In this document: piece by piece, positions 25,786 through 34,525 of the stretch
How positions within the stretch are numbered: position 1 is the stretch's first letter
How the letters are laid out: each line of letters begins with the position of its first letter
IMG/VR virus record: IMGVR_UViG_3300046557_000835
Origin: a virus
Lineage: Duplodnaviria > Heunggongvirae > Uroviricota > Caudoviricetes
Length of the DNA: 64,000 bases
Reading direction: 5' to 3' (one strand)
Notes under the pieces: generated by a model
What the model saw: only the letters and a program-made list of their open reading frames with translations
Told to the model about the DNA's origin: nothing
Database searches by the model: none
Program-made: the position numbers and the translations under genes

Positions 25786-25856
25786 TGGGTGGTTGAAGTG
25801 AACAGCGAGGGTGGCTTCATAGAGAATGTCTCTACGGTATTTTTACAATCACGGAC

Positions 25857-26045
25857 TTATTTCTTCGGTTCTGCCATCTTCATGCCGACTAAACGGTTCA
25901 GCACTTCCGAGGCTTGTGCAGCTTGTCTGGCAGCGTCTTTCAGTTGCTGCAAGTCGATGTCTTCGCCATTGTGGAGAGCGACGATATCGGACGCTTGGCG
26001 CAAGCTGTCCCTTGCTTGATTCAAGTGTCTTCTGAACACACTCAT
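25857..26045 (-). CDS. small hypothetical protein (62 aa, helical)
   Basis: ORF with GAAAGGAGAAG RBS and an upstream variant motif AATTAACAGCAA. Confidence 0.4.
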   Translation of the reverse strand: MSVFRRHLNQARDSLRQASDIVALHNGEDIDLQQLKDAARQAAQASEVLNRLVGMKMAEPKK

Positions 26046-26062
26046 TTCTTCTCCTTTCGTTT

Positions 26063-26074
26063 TGCTGTTAATTT
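26063..26074 (-). promoter_or_regulatory. variant upstream motif AAATTAACAGCAA
   Basis: Degenerate member of the 12-mer family. Confidence 0.25.
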
Positions 26075-26088
26075 TCGAAATAGCCTGA

Positions 26089-26316
26089 TTACGAATTCAA
26101 GGTGGGTCGATCGCCGTTCTTAATATCTTCCCATGCTTTTTCGCCAGCGATGAGAATATTAGCAAGACCAACAGCTTCTTTTCCCGCGGCAGAAATTAAC
26201 TGTACTAGTCTCTTGGCTTCTTCGATCGACGGTTGTCTGTTTCGAAATGATTCAGCCAAATCAGACGCTTCTTTCAAAGCGTCTGCAACACATCTAGTGT
26301 GTCCAATGGCATACAT
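26089..26316 (-). CDS. small hypothetical protein (75 aa)
   Basis: ORF. Confidence 0.45.
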   Translation of the reverse strand: MYAIGHTRCVADALKEASDLAESFRNRQPSIEEAKRLVQLISAAGKEAVGLANILIAGEKAWEDIKNGDRPTLNS

Positions 26317-26569
26317 GATTTTTTCCTATTTACAAAAGAATAACAGATAGTTTCAGCCCAACTTATCCTATCTGTGATATAGGTTTATTTCTATTTAGCG
26401 CCATTAACACTTGAGCGAATTCAAGCCACTACTTGCCAGCAATGGCAGGTAAGACTTCGCTTGCTACCCCTTCCAGCCCTCCATTCCCCCTTGGCAACTT
26501 TCACTTCTATACTTAGTTATTAGCTTTAAGCTAATAACTCTAATCCTCCTTGTGCTCTCACTTCTGCTT

Positions 26570-26620
26570 TTCAACAAAAGAAAAAAAGAAAGAGAAGAAG
26601 AGGGAGACCCGTAGGTCTCC
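26570..26620 (-). terminator. rho-independent terminator (GGAGACC-TACG-GGTCTCC plus long T/C-rich run)
   Basis: Perfect 7-bp stem immediately after the 26638..27267 stop. On the minus strand it is followed by CTCTTCTTCTCTTTCTTTTTTTCTTTTG. Confidence 0.55.
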
Positions 26621-26637
26621 TCTCCTCTGTACTACGA

Positions 26638-27267
26638 TTAGTCGATGACAGGGAAGATGTCCTTCGCCAGTTCTAACAGCAGAGGCGAGGTACCCGACTT
26701 CTTCATCACGACTGGGCAATCCGCTTCACCCAACCACTCTCCGCGCTCACCCACTTCCCGCAGGGCGAGCTCGAAGCAGTAGTCCTTCAAGAACGCAATG
26801 ATGCGCTTGAGGTGCTCAGGGTCGAAGGTCGGTGCCGGTTCCGTGCAAAGTGCATGGATCTTCATCTGCGCCAACCTGCGCACATGCAGCACTGCCAGCT
26901 TCGACAGCGTCCTCTGCTCGACGATTTGCATGTCGCGGATTTGACGCTGCGCTGCTGCCAGTTCCTCTTCGACCGGCGCCACCGCACAAGCTTCTGCACC
27001 CTTAAGGATTGCTTCCTTCTCGATAACTGCTGCTACTTCCGCCGCTTCCGCACGTTGGATAGTTGCATCCAACGCATCGCGCAGTTCTTGCGGATATACC
27101 GGCTGAGAGAACATCTCGCGCATCTTTTTGATGCCCCAGGTCTCATACCGCGTATGCAACTTATCGATCGGGCACGGCGACGAATTGTCGACAACGATGA
27201 CCCATCCGAAAATGATGTCCTTGGTGGCGAACAGTTCATTGTTCACCGAGTAAGTAGTATTGAACAT
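26638..27267 (-). CDS. hypothetical protein (209 aa)
   Basis: ORF with GAGGAG RBS and an upstream CAATTAACAACAG motif. Confidence 0.55.
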   Translation of the reverse strand: MFNTTYSVNNELFATKDIIFGWVIVVDNSSPCPIDKLHTRYETWGIKKMREMFSQPVYPQELRDALDATIQRAEAAEVAAVIEKEAILKGAEACAVAPVEEELAAAQRQIRDMQIVEQRTLSKLAVLHVRRLAQMKIHALCTEPAPTFDPEHLKRIIAFLKDYCFELALREVGERGEWLGEADCPVVMKKSGTSPLLLELAKDIFPVID

Positions 27268-27281
27268 GGTAATTCTCCTCT

Positions 27282-27293
27282 GTTGTTAATTGT
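27282..27293 (-). promoter_or_regulatory. conserved upstream motif ACAATTAACAAC
   Basis: Member of the 12-mer family. Confidence 0.35.
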
Positions 27294-27359
27294 TGGGAAT
27301 CATTCGTTTCTTAATTCACCGTAGTTATATAGACTTGAGATTTTTTATTGCCATATAGA

Positions 27360-27400
27360 CGGCATACTCCCCCCTGCGGTTGCCCGCGGGAGGGAGGTAT
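27360..27400 (-). terminator. long palindromic hairpin followed by TATGCCGTC
   Basis: ACTCCCCCCTGCGG-TTGC-CCGCGGGAGGGAGGT lies just after the stop of the 1065-aa tailspike gene. It is flanked by CATAC / GTATG extensions. On the plus strand it is followed by TTTTT. Confidence 0.45.
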
Positions 27401-27413
27401 GTTTTTAACTAGA

Positions 27414-30400
27414 TTACTTCAGCGGCAACGCCGGGCTACCTGCGGCCTTCACGATTGCCACAGGCGATGTAGCCACCTGCGGTGTATTGTTGGCCACGGC
27501 GACAACACGGATGTTGGCACTGTAGTCCGTCAATGTTGCCGAGTACTGCCACGTTCCACCATTGAGGTTAGGCGGGAACGGACCTTTGGAAGGACCACTC
27601 GGCAGCGGATCGATGTAGAGCTGCAACGTACCACTCGGGTCACCCTGCAGGCTCACCGTCCCGTTGACGTTGACGTTGGTACCGTTCAGCACCAAGCCGT
27701 CGATGGTCAAGACTGGACCAGGCAGCGACATGGCATCCGCCACCATCGGATTACCGCCGATACGCACGATCGAAACCGACTGGATCGCGCCACCTGCCGC
27801 TGGCAGACTGATACCTCCAGGGTTACTGGCTGTCAGCAGTGGTGGGGCGTAGTTACCCGGTGTGACGTTGGGTAACGTAACGCTAAACGACCCGTCGGCA
27901 TTGATGGTGAAGTCCGCCGGACCATACACCACCGCCCCCGAGGGATTGGTAGCCGCCGGCGACAACGTTACGTGACCAGTGGTCGCGTTGTTGGTTGCCG
28001 TACCATTGATGGTTACCGACGTACCATCGGCGGATTGCGAAGTGATAGTTACCGTACTCACGTCCACGTAGGCGTGCAGCTGCTTCGCGCCAACGTCAGG
28101 CGCCAAGCCGCGGTTCTGACCGTAGATGTCTTTGGTCGAAACAGAAGCTGCAGAAGCTTTGTTGATGGCGCCGCCACCTTCCGCCGGCGTGAAGTCCGTC
28201 GTCGCGTTCACCACCACGTTCGTGGCGTAGGTGAAACCGGCGATAGGGGTAGTCAACACCGTATCCGTGATATTACCAGCAGCGGTCGGGAGGGTGCCGT
28301 TGTTGGATGTTGGCGTACCACCGCAACCGATGAACAGGTTGTCTTTGATGGTCACCGGGAGGTAACCCGCTGCCAACGATTTGTAACCCACCGCGGTACC
28401 GCGACGTGCGAAGGTGTTGTTGTGGGTATTTTGGAAACTACCGCCAACTGACATCGCTTGACCGTCTTCGTGCACAAAGAGGTTATTGTACACTTGCATC
28501 ACAGCCGGGCCGATACCGCTACCATAACCCACACCAATACACTTGTTGGTGGCGTCAATGCCGTTGGTCCAGATACGGCAGTTACGCAGCGTAGCTGGAG
28601 CGCTGCCGTTGTTGGTGTCCGTGTTGCTCAAGTACCAACCGACCGAATTTGTGGCGGCACCCGGCTCCTTGATCTTGAGCCGGAACCCTTCTAACACGAC
28701 ACCGCCGTTGATCGTGGCCCCTGAACCCAGGTTGTTCACGATCTCAACACCCAGAATACCGTAATCAAACGGATCATTCTTGTGCAGTTCGTTCACACCC
28801 ATGCCCGGGGCCGGACGCACGATACAGTAGTGGCTGTTATCCCACCCTTTCGGATTCAGATTGAGCGATCCCCAATCCACACTGGTCTGGTCGTCGGTCA
28901 CATACGCGTAGATGATCTCGTTGTTGGCAACCAGATCGCGCGTATTCAACCACGTGGAGAACGTTCCCAAATGGGCGAAGGTCTGACCCAAGCCGATCGT
29001 CTGGATGTTGATACCAGCAATCGGTGTCGGAACGAACTGTGTCACTGTCATGGCCACAGCGCCGTTGGCGGGCTGGCAGGTACCTGCCGCGTTCGTCAGC
29101 GTAATCAGAGGCGGATCGTAATTACCCGGCGTGATGCCAGAGAGGACGGCTGACCACTTCTTGTTCGTGTAGTCGAACGTGATGTTGGTGGTGTTCGCCG
29201 TCACCGCGCCACTGGGGTTCGCTGCGGCTGCCGGGAACGAGATATTCCCGCTCAGCGGTTTATTGTCAAACGTACCCGTCAGTGTGAGTTTACGGCCAAC
29301 TAGCTTCTGTACCGTCAACCCGACCACCGGCATGATCGGCGTCACCAGAGTGAACGCTGAACCACCGGTGGCAGAAGGGCCTTGACCCGCATCGTTGGTC
29401 AACCGGATATCCGGCGCATCGAACGTACCGCCCGTGTTGATCGTGAAGCTAACGCTGAAAGTGTTACCACTCAACGTCATCGTTTTCGATGTCACGAACG
29501 TTCCACCGTTTTTAGTGATCACCGCATTACCGGTCACGCTGCTATCGTAACCGACCGTCGTACCCTCGATCAGGATCGTTTGGTCGGTGACGGTTTGCTT
29601 GGTGATGGTGGCGGTTGCAAACGGCGGCAGCGGTTGTGCTGTCAACTGGATGGCGCCCGCGTCTGGTGCGGTACCCCGGTAGTAACCCCGGATGTCTTTG
29701 GTGCGGTACGCTGCGGCGTTACCTTTGTTGATCAACGAACCGCCCGCTTTCGGCATGACGTTGTTGATCGGATCTTCCAGCAGCGTACCAGCCGTCAACA
29801 CCGTGAAACCACCAGCGTTACCCGTCATCGGCGTGTCAGTGAAGTTGTTCACCACTTGGGCTGTGGCAGAGGCCGGCAGACCAATCGCAGGCACCGAACC
29901 GCAACCAATATAAACATTGTTCTTCACCGTCCAATCGACACCGGTGGTGGCACTGGTACCAGCTGCAGTACCAGTACGAACCAGCGTGTTACGTTCGAAC
30001 GTGGTGCCGTAGTTGATGGCGCCAAACAAACCGTTACCTGCAGCTTGCCAGAAGATGTTTTCGGTAACGATACCACCGATAGCATATTCTCCCGTAGTGA
30101 ACAGACGCGAAGCAGAACCCGTAGTTTGGCTACGGACAAAGTTCTTGGTGAACTCCGGGTAACGTTTCACACCAGCGTTACCCGTACCACCCAGCATGAT
30201 GCCGACACAGACAGTCGTGTTATCGTTGGCGGCACCGGTCATGTCAATCCGGAACCCTCGAAGCGCCGCACCTTCACGAATGGTCACCGACGAAAAAAGG
30301 GCAGTGGCACTCGGAAACTTAACGTTCAAGAGCAGACCACCGTTGGTCCAGGTGTACGGGCCGCCGAGCGGGTTGAGATCCAAATACCCCAACCCGGGTG

Positions 30401-30611
30401 CCGGTTTGACGACACAGTAGTGTGTCGCATCGTGTTCACCTGTTTTCGCGCGAACCGTGAATCCTTCCGTATTCGGAATTTCGTAGTAAACCTCAGCCAC
30501 CACCATTTCATCATTGGTGACCATCGGTTCATTACTCAGCCATGTGCAAAAACTTTGCATGGTCGCAAAATCTTTGCCAGGCCCGACCGATTTTGTAACG
30601 GTAATAGGCAT
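27414..30611 (-). CDS. tailspike / tail fibre protein with two tandem pectate-lyase-like right-handed beta-helix domains
   Basis: 1065 aa. An internally duplicated module carries NNVYIGCGSVP...AYRTKDIRGYYRGTAPDAGAIQL and DNLFIGCGGTP...VSTKDIYGQNRGLAPDVGAKQL. Sequence is Gly/Thr/Asn-rich, typical of beta-helix polysaccharide depolymerases. The C-terminal LYIDPLPSGPSKGPFP domain is shared with the 33714..34511 gene. Confidence 0.7.
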   Translation of the reverse strand: MPITVTKSVGPGKDFATMQSFCTWLSNEPMVTNDEMVVAEVYYEIPNTEGFTVRAKTGEHDATHYCVVKPAPGLGYLDLNPLGGPYTWTNGGLLLNVKFPSATALFSSVTIREGAALRGFRIDMTGAANDNTTVCVGIMLGGTGNAGVKRYPEFTKNFVRSQTTGSASRLFTTGEYAIGGIVTENIFWQAAGNGLFGAINYGTTFERNTLVRTGTAAGTSATTGVDWTVKNNVYIGCGSVPAIGLPASATAQVVNNFTDTPMTGNAGGFTVLTAGTLLEDPINNVMPKAGGSLINKGNAAAYRTKDIRGYYRGTAPDAGAIQLTAQPLPPFATATITKQTVTDQTILIEGTTVGYDSSVTGNAVITKNGGTFVTSKTMTLSGNTFSVSFTINTGGTFDAPDIRLTNDAGQGPSATGGSAFTLVTPIMPVVGLTVQKLVGRKLTLTGTFDNKPLSGNISFPAAAANPSGAVTANTTNITFDYTNKKWSAVLSGITPGNYDPPLITLTNAAGTCQPANGAVAMTVTQFVPTPIAGINIQTIGLGQTFAHLGTFSTWLNTRDLVANNEIIYAYVTDDQTSVDWGSLNLNPKGWDNSHYCIVRPAPGMGVNELHKNDPFDYGILGVEIVNNLGSGATINGGVVLEGFRLKIKEPGAATNSVGWYLSNTDTNNGSAPATLRNCRIWTNGIDATNKCIGVGYGSGIGPAVMQVYNNLFVHEDGQAMSVGGSFQNTHNNTFARRGTAVGYKSLAAGYLPVTIKDNLFIGCGGTPTSNNGTLPTAAGNITDTVLTTPIAGFTYATNVVVNATTDFTPAEGGGAINKASAASVSTKDIYGQNRGLAPDVGAKQLHAYVDVSTVTITSQSADGTSVTINGTATNNATTGHVTLSPAATNPSGAVVYGPADFTINADGSFSVTLPNVTPGNYAPPLLTASNPGGISLPAAGGAIQSVSIVRIGGNPMVADAMSLPGPVLTIDGLVLNGTNVNVNGTVSLQGDPSGTLQLYIDPLPSGPSKGPFPPNLNGGTWQYSATLTDYSANIRVVAVANNTPQVATSPVAIVKAAGSPALPLK

Positions 30612-30625
30612 GTTGTATTCCTAAC

Positions 30626-33600
30626 TTAAGTGACAGTCGGAACTTTAATCCGACCAAAACCAGGATACTTCGAGGACCAGTCAGACTGTGTTTTGCTGTA
30701 AGGCGACACAATCGTATCCACGTAAGCTTTCTTATCGGCTTCGTACTGGTCGAACGCAGCGATCGCTTCGTCCAAGCGCGGATAAGGGAATTCCGGGAAG
30801 AAGTCTTTACGCATGTACGCCCACTGCGAACGACCGAACTGCGCCGCATCACGTTGGCCATTCATGACTTTCCCATCTTTATCACGAATCCAGTCTTCTT
30901 GATCCACTGGCGGGAACCACGTAGCCCATTCTGCCCAGTTGGCTGGGAAGGTGTGGAACTCTGCGTTGCTTTCGAGGTTCGTGGTGCCGACCACCTGTAC
31001 TTTACTGATGACCGGGTAGTTACCTTCAGCGCGACCTTTTGTGTCCAGGATGTAGTCCACACAGAACTTGTCGTAGCACAACATCATGAAGTCCAGCGAC
31101 GCCTTGCAGTGCGCGTTGTAGTTGTACATCCGATCCCACGCACCAGTTTGTTTCATCAGCATGAACACACCGGTCATGTAGTACGCCAGTGCATTCCAAC
31201 CGATGCGCTGACCACGCATGTTGCCAGCTGCACCCACCGAACCACGTACGTCGGAATACGCTTCACCGCCACCTGGAATTTGGCCGAGGTTACGCAGGCA
31301 CACCGAGGTATCAGTCATGTAACCAGGATTGCTCGGGTCGGTTGTCGGCAGAACCATCTTGTTGTAGATGTTTTCCAGCTCTTGCGCCCAACGAACTTCA
31401 ACCGCGGAACGGGGTACACCCAAGTCATGCTTGGTGCCCATCTTCCACGCCAACGTCCAGTGCAACCAACGCCACGCGATAACGCGGCCACCGAAGTCAT
31501 TCAGGTGAGTCGGGTCAGAATAGGCGAGCTGAGCCATGGTTGACGCGATGAACAGGTGCTTACCCGACACCAAGTGCATGGGGCTGTCAAACAACATCGC
31601 CACCCACTCTGGTGCAGCGTAGCAGTGTTGATCATCAAACTGGCGTCCGCTCCAGGTTGCATAACCGGTACGGTCTTTCGGCCAGGTAATAGCCCCACTT
31701 ATGCGTTCGCCATGTACCGCGATATGACGACTGTTACCACCAGACACATACGTCGGATCATCGTGCTGCGAGTAGTACGCGCCACGGTACGACCATTGAC
31801 CGTTCAGCACTTCTTGGATTGGCAGCGACGCGAACGACTTCACATCGCGGGTGTAGTGGCACGAGTGGTTGAAGTAAGCTTTGTTCCACGCATCCACGTT
31901 GTCACGCAACGACGAACCGTCACGGGCACGTGTGCCGGTTGGGTTGTCCATGAATGCCGCAATAGCGGTTGGCAGGAACACACGATCCGAACGCAAACCA
32001 CCGGGACCAGTCACCCAGTCGTGCAGACTGATCGAACCCGGTTCCCAATCCCAACCCACAGCACGCGCCGGGGCGCCTTGCGGGTTCAGGTACCAACCTG
32101 CTTCAAACACCGTGGTGTCCCAGGTATACGGGTCACTGTTCGGGTCTTTGGCGTTGTTGGCGGCGTTGATTGCCCAGCCCAACGGCCAGCGTGGTGCCGC
32201 CCAGTAGTGGTTGAACGTGTTGATCTGGGCCACACCAAACAGCAGCGCGATCGGCGGATTACTGGCGTACTGGTTTTTTGCCATCGACGGCCGCCAGCTT
32301 CCCGGGGTCGTGCCAGGGTAGTACTTGTACGCTTTGGCGTTCAGCCGCGGACGGTGTGACGACCACGGCAGCATCATGCCACAGTTAAAGGCTGGACGCA
32401 GCGGGGTATCAGCAGTACGCGTTTGCAACATCAACGGGCTGTTGATCGGCAAACCATCGCTCATTTCGAACGTGTACAGTAAGGTGTTGTCGAGACGACG
32501 CAGGCGCATCTTGAACGGGGGCGGAACCGTCACGTCTCGCAGACGCGATTCGCTGACCGTGCACTGGATGTCAAACACGTATTTGTCGCCAGCTACGAAT
32601 GTACCACCGTTGAGACCGAATGCGATCTGCCAGCCACCATGCGGCGGGAAGTAGTTGTAACCGTACGGGTCACCTGCCGGCAACACAGCATCCGGGTAAG
32701 CGCCATTGGCGCTACTGGTAACCGACAGCGTGGTCGCATCTTTCACCGTGAAGGTGATTTTCTCGGTGATGGATTTGTCGTTGTAGACCTTAGCCCACTG
32801 CAGCGTACCTTTACCGGTGCCGGTTTGGGTAATTTTGCTCATCACATGTACGTTCCACGTATCGGCAGCCGGGTAGCTCTCCCAACGTTGGTACGGTTTG
32901 CAAGCGATCAAGACTTGGTGCACCGGTTCTGTGGCTTGGCCATTGACCACCGGGTTCATCGAGAACATCGTCGCGCCAAATTCGAAGTCGTCAAAAATAA
33001 TGCTTTGCTTCGATTGGGTGATGGCGATGTCGCCGATATCGGCAGCGATCTCCGCGTCTTCGTACACGAGGTCGTCGACGCGGTTGTTAAGGGTCAACGA
33101 ACTGACGATTTTTGGATTGAGTGGATCACGCCAGTCTTCCAGCTCCACGATCACCGGACGACGATCGTCCAGCACAGGAGTAGTCGGACCCGTACCACTG
33201 GCCAGGAAGCGCGGGGCACGCACACCGGCGGCCATGCCGAAACCGGTGGTGGCGGTGGGATTGATATTGAAGGTGAAATCGTGGTCGTTGGTGGCGTCCA
33301 GGTCCAAGTTCTGACTTTCCAGACCGAGCGTACCTTGCACCCAGTGACCATTGCCTTCGATGCGCAGAACCGATGCGCCAGAATTCAGGTCAGCAGCCAG
33401 GCGAATGGTGGTGCCGCCGACAGCGCCGAAGCTGGTAATACTGCCGAAGCTGGTGACCAACGCGCCGCTGTTACCGATATTGAGAAACTCGATACCGGTC
33501 AGGAACGGATTAGCTGCTGCGGGATCGGAGTCACGGAAGCAGCGAATGCGCCGCACCGCTCCCAACATTTCATTCAGCTTTGCACCCCACGCCGATTTGG

Positions 33601-33649
33601 TCGTGGTCAGGGCCAAAGCATCTCGTAACGCCGTGCTAAATGTCAGCAT
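30626..33649 (-). CDS. large virion structural protein (1007 aa; tail fibre / host-recognition module candidate)
   Basis: Long ORF inside the fibre gene cluster, Trp/Tyr/Gly-rich. No family was recognised. Confidence 0.55.
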   Translation of the reverse strand: MLTFSTALRDALALTTTKSAWGAKLNEMLGAVRRIRCFRDSDPAAANPFLTGIEFLNIGNSGALVTSFGSITSFGAVGGTTIRLAADLNSGASVLRIEGNGHWVQGTLGLESQNLDLDATNDHDFTFNINPTATTGFGMAAGVRAPRFLASGTGPTTPVLDDRRPVIVELEDWRDPLNPKIVSSLTLNNRVDDLVYEDAEIAADIGDIAITQSKQSIIFDDFEFGATMFSMNPVVNGQATEPVHQVLIACKPYQRWESYPAADTWNVHVMSKITQTGTGKGTLQWAKVYNDKSITEKITFTVKDATTLSVTSSANGAYPDAVLPAGDPYGYNYFPPHGGWQIAFGLNGGTFVAGDKYVFDIQCTVSESRLRDVTVPPPFKMRLRRLDNTLLYTFEMSDGLPINSPLMLQTRTADTPLRPAFNCGMMLPWSSHRPRLNAKAYKYYPGTTPGSWRPSMAKNQYASNPPIALLFGVAQINTFNHYWAAPRWPLGWAINAANNAKDPNSDPYTWDTTVFEAGWYLNPQGAPARAVGWDWEPGSISLHDWVTGPGGLRSDRVFLPTAIAAFMDNPTGTRARDGSSLRDNVDAWNKAYFNHSCHYTRDVKSFASLPIQEVLNGQWSYRGAYYSQHDDPTYVSGGNSRHIAVHGERISGAITWPKDRTGYATWSGRQFDDQHCYAAPEWVAMLFDSPMHLVSGKHLFIASTMAQLAYSDPTHLNDFGGRVIAWRWLHWTLAWKMGTKHDLGVPRSAVEVRWAQELENIYNKMVLPTTDPSNPGYMTDTSVCLRNLGQIPGGGEAYSDVRGSVGAAGNMRGQRIGWNALAYYMTGVFMLMKQTGAWDRMYNYNAHCKASLDFMMLCYDKFCVDYILDTKGRAEGNYPVISKVQVVGTTNLESNAEFHTFPANWAEWATWFPPVDQEDWIRDKDGKVMNGQRDAAQFGRSQWAYMRKDFFPEFPYPRLDEAIAAFDQYEADKKAYVDTIVSPYSKTQSDWSSKYPGFGRIKVPTVT

Positions 33650-33713
33650 TTTTAATTCCTATTTGAAAGACCCTACGGTGCTATTTTTCTATCAACACCG
33701 TAGGGGAAGGTCA

Positions 33714-34511
33714 TTAGCTCAAGCCATCCATGGCGCGCGCCAGCAGAAAGGAGTAGTCTGAAGCAAAACCATTACCGATGACCGTACTGATAGCAAGTGT
33801 GATGTTTTTGCCCGACCCTTCAGGACCGACGCTACCGCGCAGGCTGCGGGTATAGAACGTACCGCCCTGCAGTTCGAAAGTCCAGACACCTTGGTTAATG
33901 TCAGCCGCCTTGAGGATGGTGACATTCATTTGGCCTGCCGGCTTGACCGCGATGTTGGTGCCATCGTTGGTCATCGTGAAGAGGCCGGAGTATTCCGCCA
34001 GAATCACAGGGACGTTATTCTGGTAAATGAACAGACGCGGTTTCGACCCGAGACTATTGATCAGCGCGTTGGCGCCTGCCGCCCTTTTCTGACCCACCGG
34101 GGCCAGCGAGACCGCCGTGCTGTATTCGGCTTTGGTGAGCAAGTCACCAAAGTAAATGCCCGAGCTAGCCGGACTTGGGACTTTCACCCCACTGATCCCG
34201 GGCATCACCAAACGACACTTCATGTTGCTCACGGCAATTTCTGGCGTGGTCACGATGATGGGCGCACCGATGGTAGGCGTGGCGACAATCCGTACCTTCC
34301 ATTTACCGGCAGAGATCGCTACGCTTGATTGAGCGTAAGCAACACCCGCCACGGTTAATGGAAACGGTCCGAACGGGGTACCCGTTGGTTGTGGGTCCAG
34401 ATAAAAGTTGAGCGTCAAACCAGTGTCGCCGCCATTATCGAGGCTACCAGTAAACTCCAGCTTGTTGCCTTTGAGTTTGACGGTAGGTAAATTAACTGCT
34501 GGTGTTGTCAT
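33714..34511 (-). CDS. tail fibre-like protein (265 aa) built from two shared fibre domains
   Basis: The N-terminal FYLDPQPTGTPFGPFP domain is homologous to the C-terminus of 27414..30611. The C-terminal ~110 aa (LFIYQNNVPVILAEYSG...RAMDGLS) is homologous to the C-terminus of 34526..37138. Confidence 0.6.
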   Translation of the reverse strand: MTTPAVNLPTVKLKGNKLEFTGSLDNGGDTGLTLNFYLDPQPTGTPFGPFPLTVAGVAYAQSSVAISAGKWKVRIVATPTIGAPIIVTTPEIAVSNMKCRLVMPGISGVKVPSPASSGIYFGDLLTKAEYSTAVSLAPVGQKRAAGANALINSLGSKPRLFIYQNNVPVILAEYSGLFTMTNDGTNIAVKPAGQMNVTILKAADINQGVWTFELQGGTFYTRSLRGSVGPEGSGKNITLAISTVIGNGFASDYSFLLARAMDGLS

Positions 34512-34525
34512 GGGGTATCCTTATA

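Noticed and set aside
26350-26637. Possible tRNA in the long intergenic region
   Set aside because: No T-arm/GTTCRANYC box, no acceptor-stem complementarity and no CCA context were found by eye. It cannot be fully excluded without tRNAscan-SE.
29382-30629. 415-aa plus-strand ORF, plus other long plus-strand ORFs across 27.4-37 kb
   Set aside because: Antisense shadows of the tailspike genes. They are Arg/His/Val-rich.
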